From: Raja brachyura
Taxonomy: Eukaryota
Direction: 5' to 3'
DNA length: 53,667 nt
NCBI GenBank assembly: GCA_963514005.1
Contig: OY740795.1
Location: 59,034,334-59,088,000 of the forward strand
Position 1 is the stretch's first letter, and every line of letters begins with the position of its first letter. Below, one piece after another: positions 48,701 to 53,667 of this stretch. Below the pieces are notes generated by a model, which did not search any database, was not told where the DNA came from, and was given only the letters and a program-made list of their open reading frames with translations. The translations under genes and the position numbers were made by a program.

Positions 48701-51700
48701 TCCGCTAGACCCAAACCCACTCCGCTAGACGCAAACCCACTCACGCAAGACCCAAACCCACTCCGCTAGATGCAAACCCACTCACGCATGACCCAAACCC
48801 ACTCTGCAAGACACAAACCAACTCCGCTAGACCAAAACTCACTACGCTTAACCCAAACCCACTCCGCTAGACCAACACTCCCACTCCGCGAGACACAAAC
48901 CCATTCCGCTAGATCCAAACCCACTCCGCTATACCCAAACCCACTCCGCTAGACCCAATACCCACTCCGCTAGACCCAAACCCACTCCGCTAGACCCAAA
49001 CCCACTCCGCTAGACCCAAACGCACTCCACTAGACCAAAACCCACTTCGCATTACCCAAACCCACTCCGCTAGAACCAAACCCACTCCGCGAGACCCAAA
49101 CCCACTCCGCTACACGCAAACCCACTCCGCTAGACCCACACTCCCACTCCGCTAGACCCACACTCCCACTCCGCTAGACGCACACTCCCACTCCGCTAGA
49201 ACCAAACCACTCCGCAAGACCCAAACCCACTCCGCTAGACCCAAACCCATTCCGCTAGGCCCACACTCCCACTCCGCTAGACCCAAACCCACTCCGCTAG
49301 ACCCAAACCCACTCCGCTAGACCCAAACCCACTCCGCTAGACCCAAACCCACTCCGCTAGGCCCAAACCCACTCCGCTAGACACAAAACCCACTCTGCTA
49401 GATCCAAACCCACTCCGCTATACCCAAACCCGCTCAGCTAGACCCAATACCCACTCCGCTAGACCCAAACCCACTCCGCTAGACCCAAACCCACTCCGCT
49501 AGAACCAAAACCACTCCGCTAGATCCAAACCCACTCCGCTAGAACCAAACCCTCTCCGCGAGACCCAAACCCACTGCACTAGACCCAAACCCACTCTGCT
49601 AGACCCAAACCCACTCCGCTAGACCCAATACCCACTCCGCTAGACCCAAATCCACTCCGCTAGACACAAACCCACTCCGCTAGACCCAAACCCACTCCGC
49701 TAGACCCAAACCCACTTCGCTATACCCAAACCCACTCCGCTAGAACCAAACCCACTCCGCTAGACCCAAACCCACTCCGCTACACGCAAACCCACTCCGC
49801 TAGACCCACACTCCCACTCCGCGAGACCCACACTCCCACTCCGCTAGACCCACACTCCCACTCCGCTATACCCAAACCACTCCGCAAGACCCAAACCCAC
49901 TCCGCTAGACCCAAACCCACTCCGCAAGACCCAAACCCACTCCGCTAGACCCAAACCCACTCCGCTAGACCCAAACCCACTCCGCTAGAACCACACTCAC
50001 TCCGCTAGACCCACACTCCCACTCCGCTAGACCCAAACCCATTCCGCTAGACACAAACCCACTCCGCGATACCCAAACCCACTTTGCTAGACGCAAACCC
50101 ACTCAGCTAGTCCCAAACCCACTCCGCTAGACCCAAACCCACTCCGCTAGACCCACACTCCCACTCCGCTAGACCCAAACCCACTCCGCTAGACCCAAAC
50201 CCACTCCGCTAGACCCAAACCCACTCCGCTAGACCCAAACCCACTCCGCTAGGCCCAAACCCACTCCGCTAGACACAAAACCCACTCCGCTAGACACAAA
50301 CCCACTCCGCTATACCCAAACCCGCTCAGCTAGACCCAATACCCACTCCGCTAGACCCAAACCCACTCCGCTAGACCCAAACCCTCTCCGCGAGACCCAA
50401 ACCCACTGCACTAGACCCAAACCCACTCCGCTAGACCCAAACCCACTCCGCTAGACCCAAACCCACTCCGCTAGAACCAAACCCACTCCGCTAGACCCAA
50501 ACCCACTCCGCTACACGCAAACCCACTCCGCTAGACCCACACTCCCACTCCGCTAGACCCACCCTCCCAATCCGCTGGACCCACACTCCCACTCCGCTTG
50601 ACCCAAACCACTCCGCAAGACCCAAACCCACTCCGCTAGACCCAAACCCACTCCGTTAGACCCAAATCCACTCCGCTAGACCCACACTCCCACTCCGCTA
50701 GACCCAAACCCACTCCGCTAGACCCACACTCCCACTCCGCTAGACCCAAACCCACTCCGCTAGACCCAAACCCACTCCGCTAGACCCAAACCCACTCCGC
50801 TAGACCCAAACCCACTCCGCTAGACCCAAACGACTCCGCAAGACCCAAACCCACTCCGCTAGACCCAAAACCACTCCGGTAGACCCAAACCCACTCCGCT
50901 CGACCCAAAACCCACTCCGCTAGACCCAAACCCACTCCGCTAGACACAAACCCACTCCGCGAGACCCAAACCCACTCCGCCAGACGCAAACCCAATCCGC
51001 TAAACCCACGCCCACTCCGATAGACCCAAACCCACTCCTCTGGACCGAAACCCACTCCGCTAGACCCAAGCCCAATCCGCTAAACCCACGCCCACTCCGA
51101 AAGACCCAAACCCACTCCGCTGGACCGAAACCCACTCCGCTAGACCCAAAACCCACTCTGCTACAGCCAAACCCACTTCGCTAGACCCAAAACCCACTCC
51201 GCTAGACCGAAACCCACTCCGCTAGACCCAAACCCACTCCGCTAGACGCAAACCCACACATGCAAGACCCAAACCCACTCCGCTAGATGCAAACCCACTC
51301 ACGCATGACCCAAACCCACTCCGCTAGACACAAACCAACTCCGGTAGACCAAAACCCACTACGCTAAACCCAAACCCACTCCGCTAGAACCACACTCCCA
51401 CTCCGCGAGACACAAACCCACTCCGCTAGACCCAAACCCACTCAGCTAGACCCAAACCCACTCTGCTAGACCCAAACCCACTCCGCTAGACCCAAACCCA
51501 CTACGCTAGACCCAAACCCACTCCGCTACACCCAAACCCACTCCGCTAGACCCACACTCCCACTCCGCTAGACCCAAACCCTCTCCGCTAGACCCAAACC
51601 CACTCCGTTAGACCCAAACCCACTCCGCTAGACCCAAACCCACTCCGCTAGACCCAAACCCACTCCGCTGCACCCAAACCCACTCCGCTAGACCCAAACC

Positions 51701-53667
51701 CACTCCGCTGCACCCAAACCCACTCCGCTAGACCCAAACCCACTACGCTAGACCCAAACCCACTCCCCTAGACCCAAACCCACTCCGCTAGGCCCAAACC
51801 AACTACGCTTGACCCAGATCCACTCCGCGAGACCCAGACCCACTCCGCTAGACCCAGACCCACTCCGCTGGACCCAGACCCACTCCGCTAGACCCAGACC
51901 CACTCCGCTAGACCCAAACCCACTCCGCTAGACCCACACTCCCACTCCGCTAGACCCAAACCCACTCCGCTAGACCTAAACACACTCCGCTAGACCCAAA
52001 CCCACTCCGCGAGACCCAAACCCACTCCGCTAGACCCGATCCACTCCGCAAGACCCAAACTCACTCCGCTAGACCCAAAACCACTCCGCCAGACCCAAAC
52101 CCACTCCGCTAGACCCAATACCCACTCCGCTAGACCCAAACCCACTCCGCTAGACACAAACCCAGTCCGCTAGACCCAAACCCACTCCGCTAGTCCCAAA
52201 CCCACTGCGCTAGATCCAAACCCACTCCGCTGGACCCAAACCCACTCCGCAAGACCCAAACCCACTCCGCTAGACCCAAACCCACTCCGCTAGACCCAAA
52301 CCCAATCCGCTAAACCCACGCCCACTCCGATAGACCCAAACCCACTCCCCTGGACTGAAACCCACTCCGCTAGACCCACACTCCCACTCCGCGAGACACA
52401 AACCCACTCCGCTAGACCCAAACCCACACCGCTATACCCAAACCCACTCCGCTAGACCCAATACCCACTCCGCTAGACCCAAACCCACTCCGCTAGACCC
52501 AAACCCACTCCGCTAGACCCAAACCCACTCCGCTAGACCCAAACCCACTTTGCTATACCCAAACCCACTCCGCTAGAACCAAACCCACTCCGCTAGACCC
52601 AAACCCACTCCGCTACACGCAAACCCACTCCGCTAGACCCACACTCCCACTCCGCTAGACCCACACTCCCACTCCGCTAGACCCAAACCCACTCCGCTAG
52701 ACCCAAACCCACTCCGCGAGACCCAAACCCACTCCGCTAGACCCAAACCCACTCCGCTAGACCCAAACCCACTCCGCTAGACCCAAACCCACTCCGCTAG
52801 GCCCACACTCCCACTCCGCTAGACCCAAACCCACTCCGCTAGACCCAAACCCACTCCGCTAGACCCAAACCCACTCCTCTAGACCCAAAACCACTCCGCT
52901 ACGCCCAAACCCACTCCGCTAGACACAAAACCCACTCTGCTAGACCCAAACCCACTCCGCTATACCCAAACCCGCTCAGCTAGACCCAATACCCACTCCG
53001 CTAGACCCAAACCCACTCCGCTAGACCCAAACCCACTCCGCTAGAACCAAAACCACTCCGCTAGATCCAAACCCACTCCGCCAGAACCAAACCCTCTCCG
53101 CGAGACCCAAACCCACTCCGCTACACGCAAACCCACTCCGCTAGACCCACACTCCCACTCCGCTAGACCCACACTCCCAATCCGCTAGACCCACACTCCC
53201 ACTCCGCTAGACCCAAACCACTCCACAAGACCCAAACCCACTCCGCTAGACCCAAACCCACTCCGTTAGACCCAAATCCACTCTGCTAGACCCACACTCC
53301 CACTCCGCTAGACCCAAACCCACTCCGCTAGACCCACACTCCCACTCCGCTAGACCCAAACCCACTCCGCTAGACCCAAACCCACTCCGCTAGACCCAAT
53401 CCACTCCTCAAGACCCAAACCCACTCCGCTAAACCCACGCACACTCCGATAGACCCAAACCCACTCCCCTGGACTGAAACCCACTCCGCCAGACCCAAAA
53501 CCCACTCTGCTGGAGCCAAACCCACTCCGCTAGACCCAAACCCACTCCGCTAGACGCAAACCCACTCACGCATGACCCAAACCCACTCTGCAAGACACAA
53601 ACCAACTCTGCTAGACCAAAACTCACTACGCTTAACCCAAACCCACTCCGCTAGACCAACACTCCCA
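36796..53667. repeat. 20-bp satellite array 2 (runs off the window end)
   Basis: Same monomer as array 1, more than 16.8 kb, with its own set of higher-order variants. Confidence 0.98.

Noticed and set aside
21248-53626. Short ORFs in the satellite (GLGLAEWVWV..., QTHSARPKP...)
   Set aside because: They are translations of the repeat wherever the recurrent TAG is mutated or shifted out of frame, with no coding evidence.
20985-53667. CRISPR array
   Set aside because: Head-to-tail monomers with no unique spacers, no cas genes, and a vertebrate context.
20985-53667. Ig class-switch (S) region
   Set aside because: It lies 3' of the TM exons rather than 5' of a C gene, its G-rich strand is the template strand for IgM transcription, and AGCT occurs only in rare variants. 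Cartilaginous fish are not known to have canonical S regions.

Overview
Vertebrate genomic DNA from a cartilaginous fish, probably a skate or ray; this is inferred from the IgM sequence and the repeat families. The window has three parts. (1) About 2.1-9.3 kb is the 3' half of an IgM heavy-chain constant gene on the + strand: a 5'-truncated Cmu2 exon, intact Cmu3, Cmu4 with secretory tailpiece, TM1 and TM2. A CR1 LINE abuts the broken Cmu2, and the duplicated sequence at that junction leaves two in-frame, phase-1 AG acceptors. (2) About 9.7-21 kb is nested transposon debris: CR1 families A and B, a hAT-like TIR element, Rex/Babar ends, Penelope-like pieces with hammerhead-ribozyme relics, and tRNA-derived SINE fragments. 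(3) About 21-53.7 kb is a C-rich 20-bp satellite (GACCCAAACCCACTCCGCTA) with kb-scale higher-order repeats. It is split by a CR1 copy whose 3' junction and downstream satellite variants match the CR1 at the array's left edge, so a CR1+satellite unit has been duplicated. There is no prokaryotic content, rRNA, tRNA or CRISPR. All family assignments are from recalled motifs, not database searches.
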